A stretch of 61,941 nt of DNA, counting the filler, from Pirum gemmata (Eukaryota), in NCBI GenBank assembly GCA_002812295.1. It is 19 parts of 19 records of this genome, joined end to end, with 100 filler letters (N's around TTAATTAATTAA, not from the genome) between each part and the next. Parts side by side here need not be neighbours in the genome. Positions count along the whole stretch, not along the records: positions 49,317 to 52,416 come from PDIN01003551.1; positions 52,517 to 55,582 come from PDIN01003552.1; positions 55,683 to 58,758 come from PDIN01003553.1; positions 58,859 to 61,941 come from PDIN01003554.1; 15 more parts are not named here. The stretch is one strand, 5' to 3'. Positions 49,217 through 61,151 of this stretch are shown piece after piece. The position numbers were made by a program, and so were the translations under genes. How positions within the stretch are numbered: position 1 is the stretch's first letter; every line of letters begins with the position of its first letter. The notes under the pieces were generated by a model that did no database searches, was not told where the DNA came from, and was given only the letters and a program-made list of their open reading frames with translations.

Positions 49217-50206
49217 NNNNNNNNNNNNNNNNNNNNNNNNNNNNNNNNNNNNNNNNNNNNTTAATTAATTAANNNNNNNNNNNNNNNNNNNNNNNNNNNN
49301 NNNNNNNNNNNNNNNNTATTATTTCTTTAGTTTAGATCACCAGGATGACTAGATATATAAATATTAAGAATTTTAAAAAATGAAATTAGAAAAGAAAACA
49401 GAAAAATAACAAAATAATTTTTTAAAAAATAATACTTTTTTTAAAAAAAATTAAATGCAGGTCAATTATAAAGGTTTTCGGTTTTTTGTCCAATATAGTG
49501 CTCCTGATATCTATAGAAAGGTCTTGTTGAGCTTATTAACTACAATCAATAAAATTTAAATATTTAATAATGACTTTTAATTGGTACACAAAACAAAATT
49601 TGAAAATCTCGATTTTGGATGAAATTAGGCGTCTTTGTCAGCAAAATTTGTTGTCTAAATAATTATTACTTTTCATTGGTTTTAAATGCCAATTTTTTTT
49701 GTAGACTATGAAAGATGGGAGTTTTTTTTTTTATGATGACGTACAATTTATATTGATTTGTGTTCGAAAATGAAAAAAAACAGTAAAAAAACTAAATCGA
49801 GCTAAAAAACAAATCCTAATTTGTAATAAAAAAATTGCTATTTTTGGCAATTATTTTTCAGGGGAAATAAAGGTTAGTAAAAAAATCTAGATAGTCTAGA
49901 TTTACGTTTTTTTGTTTTAGTTTAGCTTTTTTGAGCTTAAACTGACGTTCTGGAAACAAAAAATAAATGTTTATAGAATGGGTAATAATGACGTTATGAA
50001 GAAAATCCAACAACAAAATTTGCTTGTTTTTTAAAACTCTAGATTAGCTTTTTAATTTAATTGGTTTAATTTTTTTTTAAAAAAATAAGAAAAGTCACAT
50101 GATCAAGGACCTCAACTTTAGAAAAACACTTCAACTTGTTATTAAAAGTATACGTATTTTTTGAACTTATTTGTGAATTTTGAGGAAACTTCAAATTTGT
50201 TATTTA

Positions 50207-51350
50207 TTAGAAATCCTAGTTGGTATAATTGAATATTATTATAATATTATAAACCTAATTTATAAAAATAAATAATAAACAATTAAGTTATTAACTAATT
50301 ATATAACGTTAACAACATAAAAAAAATAAAAAAAAGTTACGTATATGGTTAACTTTATAAATTAGGGTTATACATATAACTAGGGTTTAGGGTTAACCTT
50401 ATATATAACTAGCTATAGGGTTTAGGGTAACTAGGGTTTGTACACCGCTATATATTATATATTTAGAAACCGTAGTTACAATCGAATATTACTATAACCC
50501 TAAACAATATATATAAACCTCCTAATATTAATTTATAACAATACAATTAAGTTAACTAATCGAATAACAGTTACAATCGAATATTACTATAACCCTAAAC
50601 AATATAATATAAACCTCCTAATATTAATTTATAACAATACAATTAAGTTAACTAATCGAATAACTTTAACAACATAAAAAAAAATAAAAAAATGTACGCG
50701 GTTAGAGTTATAAATTAGGTTTATACATATGACTAGGGTTTCGGGTTATATATAACTAGGGTTTAGGGTAACTATGGGTTGGGGTTATAATAATATTCGA
50801 TTTTTTTGTGCTGCTATTAATATATATTATATATTTAGAAACACTTTAGAAATCCTAGTTGGTATAATCGAATATTATTATAACCCTAAACCCTAATTTA
50901 TAAAAATAAACAATAAACAATTAAGTTAACTAATTGAATAACGTTAACAACATAAAAAAAAAAATAAAAAAAATTACGTATACGGTTAGAGTTATAAATT
51001 AGGGTTATACATATAACTAGGGTTTAGGGTTAACGTTATATATAACTAGCTATAGGGTTTAGGGTAACTAGCCACTATATATTATATATTTAGAAACCGT
51101 AGTTGGTACAATCGAATATTATTATAACCCTAAACACTAGCTATAGTTATATATAAACCTCCTAATATTAATTTATAACAATAAACAATAAACAATTAAG
51201 TGAACTAATCGAATAACTTTAACAACATAAAAAAAAATAAAAAAAGGTACGCGGTTAGAATATATAACTAGGGTTTCGGGTTATATATAACTAGGGTTTA
51301 GGGTAACTATGGTTTGGGGTTATATAATAATATTCGATTGTACCAACTGG
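50207..51350. repeat. Tandem/foldback repeat with degenerate TAGGGTT motifs
   Basis: Two units (from about 50207 and 50846). TAGTTGGTATAATCGAATATTATTATAACCC recurs in direct orientation and inverted at about 50782-50800 and 51318-51350. Confidence 0.8.
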
Positions 51351-52516
51351 GTTTATTGTTTATTGTTTATTGTTGAAGTGGTTGATAGCCTTATTAGGTA
51401 ATTGCTTAAAGTGGTTTGATTACGTCAGGCCCATCCCACATTTTTTTTACTTGGTCCACAAAGAACCACAAAATTAATATATCCAACAAAAAAAAAAAAA
51501 AAAAATAAATTTGGAATTTTTTTTTATTTTTTTTTTTTTTTTTTTTTTTTTACATCAATGTCAATACACTGTCAATACAAGCTATTGTCGTTACAATTGT
51601 ATTTAATTTGGTATTCTTTAAATGTATAATTGAACTTTTATAAAATTAAGTATAAAATACCCAATTAATTAAAGCATGTCTAACAGTTTAACCATAATAA
51701 TAATTGGGTATATTATATGTTTATATATATTATACCGGTATAATTTTATGATACAAGAACCCCCAACTTGGAACCCTTGGGAAATATAATGTATCAACTT
51801 TTAAACCAAACAATAATTACTTTTTTTTGATAAATAATTTTTTTTTAAAGTATATAACCCTAAAGCTGTAATGCAATTCTAATTAGATAAAACAAATGAA
51901 TTTTAGTCTATATCACCATATTTCTCAGATTAGTAAATTTGTTAAAATTTCTTTGAAAATTAAGTTTCTAAACACAACAACCATTCATAACATTTTACAA
52001 CAATTATTTGAATAATGGTTTATTGTTAATGATGGGGCACCCTAATATTGGAGATAATCTTAGGAAAACTAGCTAATACTGTTCCCAATCTTATTCCTTC
52101 TTTTTTTAAAAAAGAACTTGGTTTTACCATTTGGGTTTATATTACCAGGTACATCTTCTATCAGTGGACCGTCAGTTATGATAATTATGTTTTTTTGTTC
52201 TATTAGATTTCATTATCAATGTTAAAAAATAAGATATACTACAATATATTATAGTTTTATTGCTATAATATACTAAAATATATATTACTCTAGCTATAGT
52301 AACAACGCAATAACTCTACTAGTAGCTAGGTAGTACCACTATATCAGTTGTCTATAAATACTTGTATATATACATATATATATCTGGGAGCATGCTCAGC
52401 ATGGGGCAAATTTAGTNNNNNNNNNNNNNNNNNNNNNNNNNNNNNNNNNNNNNNNNNNNNTTAATTAATTAANNNNNNNNNNNNNNNNNNNNNNNNNNNN
52501 NNNNNNNNNNNNNNNN

Positions 52517-52627
52517 CGTCATTATGGGTAGGTCATTTTTCTCGATGTTACGATTGTGTGACTTTTGAGTAGGTGGGTAGGTAGGGTTTTGCCGGAAATT
52601 AGCGTTACGTAGTATTTGAACGCTCCC
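52517..52627 (+). mobile_element. 3' end of a family A-related subfamily
   Basis: Ends GCGTTACGTAGTATTTGAACGCTCCC with a different interior. Confidence 0.7.
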
Positions 52628-52661
52628 TCTAACTAATCATAAAATGATTGACTTGGTATAG

Positions 52662-52997
52662 CAGAGATGTTAGGTCGGACCTTCCTTCTGGTCCGATTCC
52701 GCCCGGACCGGCCTTTCGTCGGACATTGTCCGTTCCGGTCCGATAAATAAAAAGTCGGGCCCCGAAAAAACTTTGCTTTCGGGTCCCGATATTTCGTGAA
52801 TTTTAATAGGGGATTTTTTCCCTAAACCTAACCCTAACAGTCCCCCTAACCCTAACCCTAACCCTAACCCTAACCCTAACCCTAAAACTCGGACAAGTTA
52901 ATTAGTAAGCATTTTCGGATTTTTGTCCAAGAAAAATTTCGGACATGTCGGGCGGACATTGAAAAAGTGCTTTGTCCGACGGACCTTGACATCAATA
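52662..52997 (+). mobile_element. MITE family F (hAT-like) with an internal CCCTAA array
   Basis: Ends CAGAGATGTTAGGTC / GACCTTGACATCA, many subterminal TCCG/CGGA motifs, array at about 52820-52885; no intact TSD. Confidence 0.75.
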
Positions 52998-53165
52998 GTA
53001 GAAGCTAGCTAGCTAGCTAGAGAACTACAGTGAAAAAAGCTAGGTGAAAAAAGACTATCATGGAGAGTCTACCCTAACCCTAACCCTAACCCTAACTCTA
53101 CTACTAGCTAGACTAGTCTAGCTAGTAGTAGTAGCTACTAGACCCTCCCGCGGTCTACGACTAGA

Positions 53166-53346
53166 CATTTATTTTGTCACTCTGAATATTTATTTGGTTG
53201 GTTATAGTATTTAAATTGACATATTTAAATGAATAAAATTTAATAGATAATAAAATATACCAAATAAAATGAAATGGATTTATGTTGTACTAATTTGGTA
53301 TTCTTTATTATATATTTTATAATGACAAAACAACTGAAAAGCACGA
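53166..53346 (+). mobile_element. MITE family B
   Basis: Ends CAACTGAAAAGCACGA|TA. Confidence 0.83.
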
Positions 53347-53617
53347 TAGTAGACTACTAGAATAGAATAGTCTTAGTTTAGTTAGAGACTGTGATATCAT
53401 AGACCAGTCTTATTAGTATTTAATTAATAGTTTAGTATTACTGAAAAACGACCTAGACCTACTAGGAAAAACGACTGAAAAAAAAGAAGAAAAAAAAAAC
53501 CTGAAAAAACAAAAAAAAACTGGAAAAAAACAAAAACAACTTTTTTTAAAAAACAAGCAAACAAAAAAAAGAATAAGCACTTTTATATTATATATAAGTT
53601 TAGAACTTTTAGTTATA

Positions 53618-53771
53618 GGGAGCGTTCAAATAATACATCACGTCAAGGGGTAGGTAGGTAGGCGGTATTATAGTTGACTGGAAATTAACGTCAAGGGGTA
53701 GGTAGGTATGATAGGGTATTTGAAGCTGTACTTGACCGGAAATTGGCGTTACGTAGTATTTGAACGTTCCC
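53618..53771 (+). mobile_element. MITE family A with small insertions
   Basis: Both TIRs present; extra ATAG and TGATA relative to other copies. Confidence 0.88.
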
Positions 53772-53774
53772 TTT

Positions 53775-53898
53775 AAACCCTAACCCTAACCCTAATCCTA
53801 AGTCCTAACCCTAACCCTAACCCTAACCCTAACCCTAACCCTAACCCTTACCCTAACCCTAACCCTTACCCTAACTAACCCTAACCCTAACCCTAACC
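53775..53898. repeat. CCCTAA array
   Basis: Directly visible. Confidence 0.9.
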
Positions 53899-54262
53899 TG
53901 AGTTCAAGAAAAAAAAAAACTCCTCGAGAAAAAAACTCCTCAGAAAAGCTGCTTGGTTTTTTAGAAAGGCTATTTTTCACTGACTGAATCACTGCTAGCA
54001 GCTTTAGTAGCTAGCTAGCTAGAGTATTCTATCAAAGATACTACTAGACTAGATTCTTGTTGCAGCAGTTCCACACTAGTTCCACTCAGCTGGTTCCACT
54101 GGCTAGTTACTAGTTACTACTAGTATGGAATTTTCCTTTTTTATCTAATTTATTTTTAGTACAATTTTTTGTGACCAATTACTAGCTGGTTATAAATACT
54201 CTGGAGAACTCTGGACTCTGGAGTAGTTTCTGGAGTACTGGAGTCTGGACTCTGGAGTCCTA

Positions 54263-54610
54263 CAGTGATGTCAAGGTCCGTCGCACTTTTTCAATGTCCG
54301 CCCGACGTTGGACATGTCCGCGATTTTTAGGGTCATCCGGGCATTTGGTCGGTCGGGCCCGAAATTTCTCTCGGAAAAAAATCCAAAAATGCTTACTAAT
54401 TAACTTGTCCGAGTTTAAGGGTTAGGGTTAGGGTTAGGGTTAGGGTTAGGGTTAGGGTTAGGGAAAAAATCCCCTATTAAAATTCACGAAATATCGGGAC
54501 CCGAAAGCAAAGTTTTTTTGAGGCCTGACTTTTTATTTATCAGACCGGAACGGACATGCCCGACGAACGGCCGGACCGGGCGGACTCGGACCAGAAGGAA
54601 GGTCGGACCT
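54263..54610 (-). mobile_element. MITE family F, second (inverted) copy with a TTAGGG array
   Basis: Starts CAGTGATGTCAAGGTCCG; reverse-complement match to 52662-52997; array at about 54417-54463. Confidence 0.78.
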
Positions 54611-54971
54611 GCCTGGACTGAGTGTGGACTCTGATTCAGAGTCCACTCTGAAGAACTACGATTCTTATTATAAATACTTCACAAATATCTGGATACTCGT
54701 TCTAAAGTTCTAAGTTTAACATACTCCAGTTGTCTATGAAGATGTTTTGTTTTATATTGTAAAATTCGTGTTGTTATGTTGATTGTTGTATGCTAGTTTT
54801 AATAATCGTTCTGTGTTGTTTTGTATTGAGATCATGTTTTGTAGGGTTTCTAATATATTGTGTGAATTATCGATCCATGCTGGTAATAATTTATTGTTGT
54901 TTAAAATTTGTTTTAAATTTGTTTTTTATGGTAGTGGCAATATGTGGAAATAATATTGATATACTATTTAT

Positions 54972-55582
54972 TGTGATTTATTTTGTCACTCGGAATATTT
55001 ATTTGGTTGTTTTTATAATATTTAAATTGATACTTTTAAATAAATAAATATATAATAAAATATAACAAATTAAATGAAATGGATTTATATTGTATAGATT
55101 GGGTACTATTTATTGTATATTTTATGACGACAAAATAACTGAAAAGCACGATAGAGTAGAGAGTCACGAGAGTGTGTGTTATTCTAGCTTTCATTAATCT
55201 TGTCACCCTGAATAGTTATGCATATTTATTTGGTGGTTTATATTATAACCTTTAATTAAATTGACATTCTAAACGAATAAATAGATGATAGAATAATATT
55301 ATACCAAATTAAATAAAATGGATTTATATTGTATTAATTTAGTACTCTTTATTTTATATTTTATTATGATAAAATAACTGAAAAGCACTAGACGAGGGTC
55401 TAGCTAGTAGTAGTAGACTAACTTACTACTGTACGTACATACGTACAGGCACCTAGGTACAGGCACTACAACAGTATTAGTGCTTTTCAGTTGTTTTATC
55501 ATCATAAAATATGCAATAAGTAATACCAAATTAATAAAATATGAACCATTTAATTTAATTTGGTGTCTTTTATTATCTATTT
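54972..55582. mobile_element. Cluster of three family B copies (54972-55151 +, 55184-55390 +, 55478-55582 -)
   Basis: Each aligns to 39133-39306. Confidence 0.82.
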
Positions 55583-56021
55583 NNNNNNNNNNNNNNNNNN
55601 NNNNNNNNNNNNNNNNNNNNNNNNNNTTAATTAATTAANNNNNNNNNNNNNNNNNNNNNNNNNNNNNNNNNNNNNNNNNNNNAAAAAAAAAAAAAAAAAA
55701 AAAAATTACTATCCTCGATAAATAGGCCCAATCATCCTTTTTTATGTCTCCGATTTTTGATATGATACCCAAATTTTAGCAAATTTTACTACAAATTCAA
55801 AGTGAGTGACAAGGCCATTGATTCGTTGATGTTCTTACTGTTTTTGGAGATATTTTTCAGAATTCCCACTGAGAGAAATTCAAAATTCCTCAATTCCCAT
55901 GGTTAGAATACTAGAATTCCAACCAGACTCCGTTGACCTGCCTGAACCAAGCCGGGAGGCTGTTGTCAACCTGCTCTACTGCGCTGGCTATCGATAGCTA
56001 GCTACTAACTAGAGGCTGAAG

Positions 56022-56250
56022 AGTAGGGGTGAGATATCTACTGAACTTTTTCGAACAGATGCTTATCGAGCCAACCTTAGTTCCGTGTTTTACTAATAAT
56101 AGCAGTTAAATAGCTTAAAGTAGTAAGTTTAATTATAGTAGATACCAATTAAAGTAATAATATTAACATTAATAGTAATAAGAACCATAAAATCGGAAAA
56201 GTTCCGGCAGCTGTTCGATAATAATAAAATGACGTCATCTCACCCCTACT
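56022..56250 (+). mobile_element. MITE family E, intact (229 bp, 8-bp TSD)
   Basis: 14-bp TIR AGTAGGGGTGAGAT/ATCTCACCCCTACT; GGCTGAAG duplicated at 56014-56021 and 56251-56258. Confidence 0.93.
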
Positions 56251-59007
56251 GGCTGAAGGCAGAAGGAAGGTGGGATTCCATTGAAGAATAATAATTATCG
56301 ATATTTATCATCTATAGTCTATGAAGCGGCATTGAAGCCAGAAGCATCTATCAGAGATTCAGAACACTAGCTAGTAGAGAAAACTGTCAAAAGCACGCAC
56401 CCTTGACTCAATTTAGCCAATTTAGCCTTTTTCTAATGAGACTCTGATGAGAGTCATGCGAGTTAATGATGGGACTGATCGATTTTTCTATCATTGATTT
56501 GACTTCCAAAAGCTTTCAAAGGTTAATTAATTAATAGTCGGTATCATATCTATCTAATGCATTCAGAAGTACATTCAGTCACATTTCAGTGTGCATTCAC
56601 TGTATGATACATTCTTGTCTTGAATCTCACTAATTTTATTATTATGATACTATTATTTTTTGAATTTGTTAAATTATATTATAAAAAATAAAAAAATAAT
56701 TTGAAAAAAAAAACAATTATGATAAATTCAACAAAATTATAAAAATAATTACCATAATAAATAAAAATCTCATGAGGTATCATGCACTGTGTGCTGATTC
56801 GTGCACGGTGCTGTCGCTGACTGACTTGCTGTCAGGACTTGCCAGTGACTTGCCTCGGACTCAAGCTAGCTAGGCCTCGGACAGTCGGACTTGTGAGCGT
56901 ACAATGATGGACATCAACATAGTCTGCAATAGGCTAATAGACTACTAGTAGGTGTCTATTGACTGGTCTAATACTACAGGTCTAAATTCTAATAGTGGTC
57001 TAATGAGACTCTAATCAGCTGGGTCTAATAGATAGGCCTTCTGGAATCAATCCGAATCATGCGGAGCTGAGCTATGGTTTTTTTAAAAAAATAGACTATC
57101 ATTGAGTAGATCTCTAACTAGTCTGTTGCAAAATAGTTGAAAAATGCTTCAGAAAAAATGAAGTAAAAATGATCACATTTTTTTCTTTTTTCAGAGCAAA
57201 AAAATTCTCAGTCAAAAAACAGTGAGAATTTGTCCATCATTCATCTTGATTCTCAAGGCACTTTCAAGTTTCAAGGCCTAACAGAAATAGATATTCAATT
57301 GGTCCAATGCCGATCATAAATTACAGTTTACCAAAACTAAATATAATCACTCATCGTTTTGCTTTTTTGCCCATGTATCAACAGTATCATACATTATTAT
57401 GTGTCATATTATATTGACAAGTAGTTATGAAAAATACGATCATAAATTAATTATTATTAAAAAATGAAGGAATATTCATTTTATATATATTATCATTTTT
57501 ATTCATCATTATGCTGTATTAGTTTTCAAACATATTTAATAAGCTATATATTATATAATATATAATATATATTAAAATTATATTATGTATATAATTAATT
57601 TTATAATATTATTAATATAACATTTTATAATTATGTTGTATATATAACAAGTAAAGTATACCCAGCCCTAATATTATAACCCCTAACCCTAACCCTGACC
57701 CTATACTTAGTCAATATTGCAACATCCTAATTTATAAATAACGTTAACATTATTGTAAAACTTTTAAAAGTTGTATAATTGAAATTTGTACAATACATAG
57801 TGAATTCTTCTATGTATTCTTACTGATATTGCCATATTGATTAAAAAATACTTTTTGCAAGACAACGTTAACATTTACATAATATACATATACATATACA
57901 TAATATTATATAATGTATAACTTATTTTAGACGTCGACAGTATGATTTATTCTGTTTTTAAAATAGCCTATTAATACTAGTACTAGGATTACTATTATAC
58001 ACAATATCAACAATATTAATTAAAATGAATTAATAAAATCGATATATATATAGGGTTAGGGTTAGTGCTAGGGTAGTTATAAGAATAAGAATAATAATAT
58101 ATAATGATGAATAAATGGTTTATCATATTATTCGTACATATGAATCGGTATGATCCCATTTCAACTTTTTTTTTTTATTTTAATTATTATGAGTGTTTTT
58201 TTTTTGCGGTTCGAAGTTCGAACGCTATTTTAAAAATGATCTTTCGTGGTAAATTGACTAAAAATACAGCCAAAAAAAATATTTATGGCGTCATTTTACT
58301 AAATTTTAAAAAAAAATAATTTCCTCACTATTTGAACTCTTTCACAATGATTAGTAACCACCAAATATGGGCGTAGAAATAAATAAGAAACAGCCAGCTA
58401 TCATACAATGATAGGTGTGTACACCTACCTACCTGGTGTAGTCTAGTGCTAGTGTGAAAAAAAAAAAAAAAACGCTTATTATCTGTCATCTGATGCAATA
58501 GACCGCTTTCAATGGTGCTTTTATTGTACTACAAAAAAAACGAGGTCTTGTAAAAACTAATCAAGTTAAAGAGATTATTAATGCTCGCTTTTTTAATTGG
58601 ATTTTTAAAAAAAAACTTTGCGAACTATTCCCGAATCAGAACCAATTAATTCTACATAACAGGTTTTTTTTTATTATGAATATGATATTATTTTTTGGTA
58701 TGATAGTCTATGATAAAAAAAAAAAAAAAAAAAAAAAACAAAAAAAAAAAACAAAAAANNNNNNNNNNNNNNNNNNNNNNNNNNNNNNNNNNNNNNNNNN
58801 NNTTAATTAATTAANNNNNNNNNNNNNNNNNNNNNNNNNNNNNNNNNNNNNNNNNNNNTGATTATATTAATTATATTAATATAGTGGTTTTTTAATATTA
58901 ATATTAATATGATAATATTTTTATAATTTTATAAGGCCTAGCTATAGAGTTGACGCTTTTAATTAGATGGAGTTATATTATATTAATATTAATATAGGGG
59001 CCGGGTG

Positions 59008-59064
59008 TATATATATATAGACACTTTTTGTGGGATCCCGCAAAAAAGTGTCTATATATATATA
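59008..59064. repeat. Near-perfect palindrome in (TA)n
   Basis: TATAGACACTTTTTGTGGGA|TCCCGCAAAAAAGTGTCTATA. Confidence 0.85.
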
Positions 59065-59324
59065 GTTTATAGCACTTTGTAGCTATAGCTATATATTTAT
59101 ATTTAAAATATACATTTATAATATAAATTAATTAATTATAATTAATAAAATCTGCTATATATTATATAATACCATAGATCCATACCTTCCATTAATGGCC
59201 GTGGTTGGTTCTTAATTATTTTATTATTTGTTGATTTTCCACATACATATTAATTAATATAACGCTATTAATTTCAAATAAAAATATTTACATAAGTTAT
59301 AACTTATAAATAATTTGAGATATG

Positions 59325-59375
59325 TATAGCAAATATTCGGTTATTTTCGGCGAAAATAACCGAATATTTGCTATA
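59325..59375. repeat. Perfect palindrome, 25-bp arms, 1-nt loop
   Basis: TATAGCAAATATTCGGTTATTTTCG-G-CGAAAATAACCGAATATTTGCTATA. Confidence 0.92.
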
Positions 59376-59935
59376 TAATTATATATATCATCAAGTATTA
59401 TTTAACAAAAACGAAATGAAATTATGTTTTGATGATTCTTTGAAATTTAATATTAAAATATAATATTATTATAATATTAATTAAATTAATATTTTAAAAC
59501 ATATATATAGCTTTAAATTTTAGGGTTTAGGCTAGGAATATAACGTTATACCTATAGGGTTGTAGGAATAGGATTATAAAACGTTAATTTTTAATAACGT
59601 TATAAAAGCAATGTATTATATTATTATTAATTAACTAAGACGATATAATATATATGTATATAAAGGACTATTTGGTACTGTTTAAGTTTAAGTGTGTAAT
59701 GAACTTGTTTATAAAATACAATATATAATATTATTAAGTATAAAATACCAAATGAATTTTAAAACATGACTGATAGTTTAACCATAATAATAACTGGAAA
59801 GGGTTAGTCTCAGCTATCGTAGCTTGTAGACCTAGAGAGAACTAGCTATCATAGGACCTTGATATCATAGTAGGATCAGGGACCTTAGTAGGGACCAAGG
59901 GAGCTACTACTAGCTAGCTACTAGAGTGCTAGCTA

Positions 59936-60080
59936 GGAGCCTTCAAATAGAAATACTACGTAACGCCAATTAATTTCGATCAAATACCCCTACCTACCTA
60001 GCTCTAGACTACCCCTCGACGTTAATTTCCGGTCAAATACCAGCTACTAGACCGGGTCTACCTACCTACTCTACCTATAC
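59936..60080 (-). mobile_element. MITE family A copy broken by CTAG-rich micro-insertions
   Basis: Aligns to the reverse complement of 38606-38750 with inserts GCTCTAGACTA and GCTACTAGACCGGGTCTA. Confidence 0.75.
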
Positions 60081-60420
60081 TAGCTAGAGCCTACTACTGA
60101 GGCCCCTTAGCCCCTACTCAGAGGCTACTCTACTATCATATTGGCAGATAGATTATAATAAGACAAAATAAATGAAAAGGCTTTCAGAAAAGCACAATAA
60201 TATTAAATATTATACATATAAACCAATAATTGAGAACATTACTAAATTTTAATAAGACTTAGTATTATTTACTCCTATTTGAAGTGGTGTAGGCTATTTC
60301 TAATGGACCATTTCAAAAGCCCATTTCTATTAATTAAAGCAGCTATTAAAGCGGAGTCTTTGCCCATTTCAATCTACTATAGACTATAGACTAGTCTAGA
60401 TGAATATTATACTATCTAGA

Positions 60421-60606
60421 GTGCTGCTTTTCAGTTGTTTTGTCATCATAAATTATGCAATAAATAGTACCAAATTAATATAATATAAATCCATTTAATT
60501 TAATTTGGTATATTTCATTATCTATATATTGATTTAAAAATGTCAATTTAAATATTATAACCCTCCAAATAAATATTCAGAGTGACAAAATAAATGAAAA
60601 GCACGA
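60421..60606 (-). mobile_element. MITE family B, full length
   Basis: GCTTTTCAGTTGTTTTGTCA..ATGAAAAGCACGA. Confidence 0.85.
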
Positions 60607-60720
60607 TGATAACTAAACAGACTAGAGGGGCCTATGACGACATCTACAAAATAGAAGTGCAAATAATAGCTACCTACTAGCTAGCTAGCTACTAACTAAC
60701 TTGTTTTTCAATCTTGCTGT

Positions 60721-60949
60721 AGAAGGGGTGAGATGACGTTATTTTATTATTACCGAACAGCTGCCGGAACTTTCTGATTTTATGGTTTTTATTACTATTA
60801 ATGTTAACATATTACTTTAATTAGTATCTATTATATTAAATTTACTATTTTAAGCTATTTTTCTACTATTATTAGCAACAAACATGAACTAAGGTTGGCT
60901 CGATAAGCATCTGTTCGAAAAAAGTTCCAGTAGATATCTCACCCCTACT
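60721..60949 (-). mobile_element. MITE family E, intact (8-bp TSD)
   Basis: CTTGCTGT duplicated at 60713-60720 and 60950-60957. Confidence 0.92.
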
Positions 60950-61096
60950 CTTGCTGTCCATCAGTTTGTCCATCTAGCTAGATAGAGGTTCGAAGTTCGT
61001 ACGTTACAAAATGAAATGTTTTCATTTTTTTAATTATATATCGTTTCTTTTTTTTTTTTTCGAAACATTGCATGGTTCATTTTTTTCTTTTGTGGN

Positions 61097-61151
<55 letters not shown>

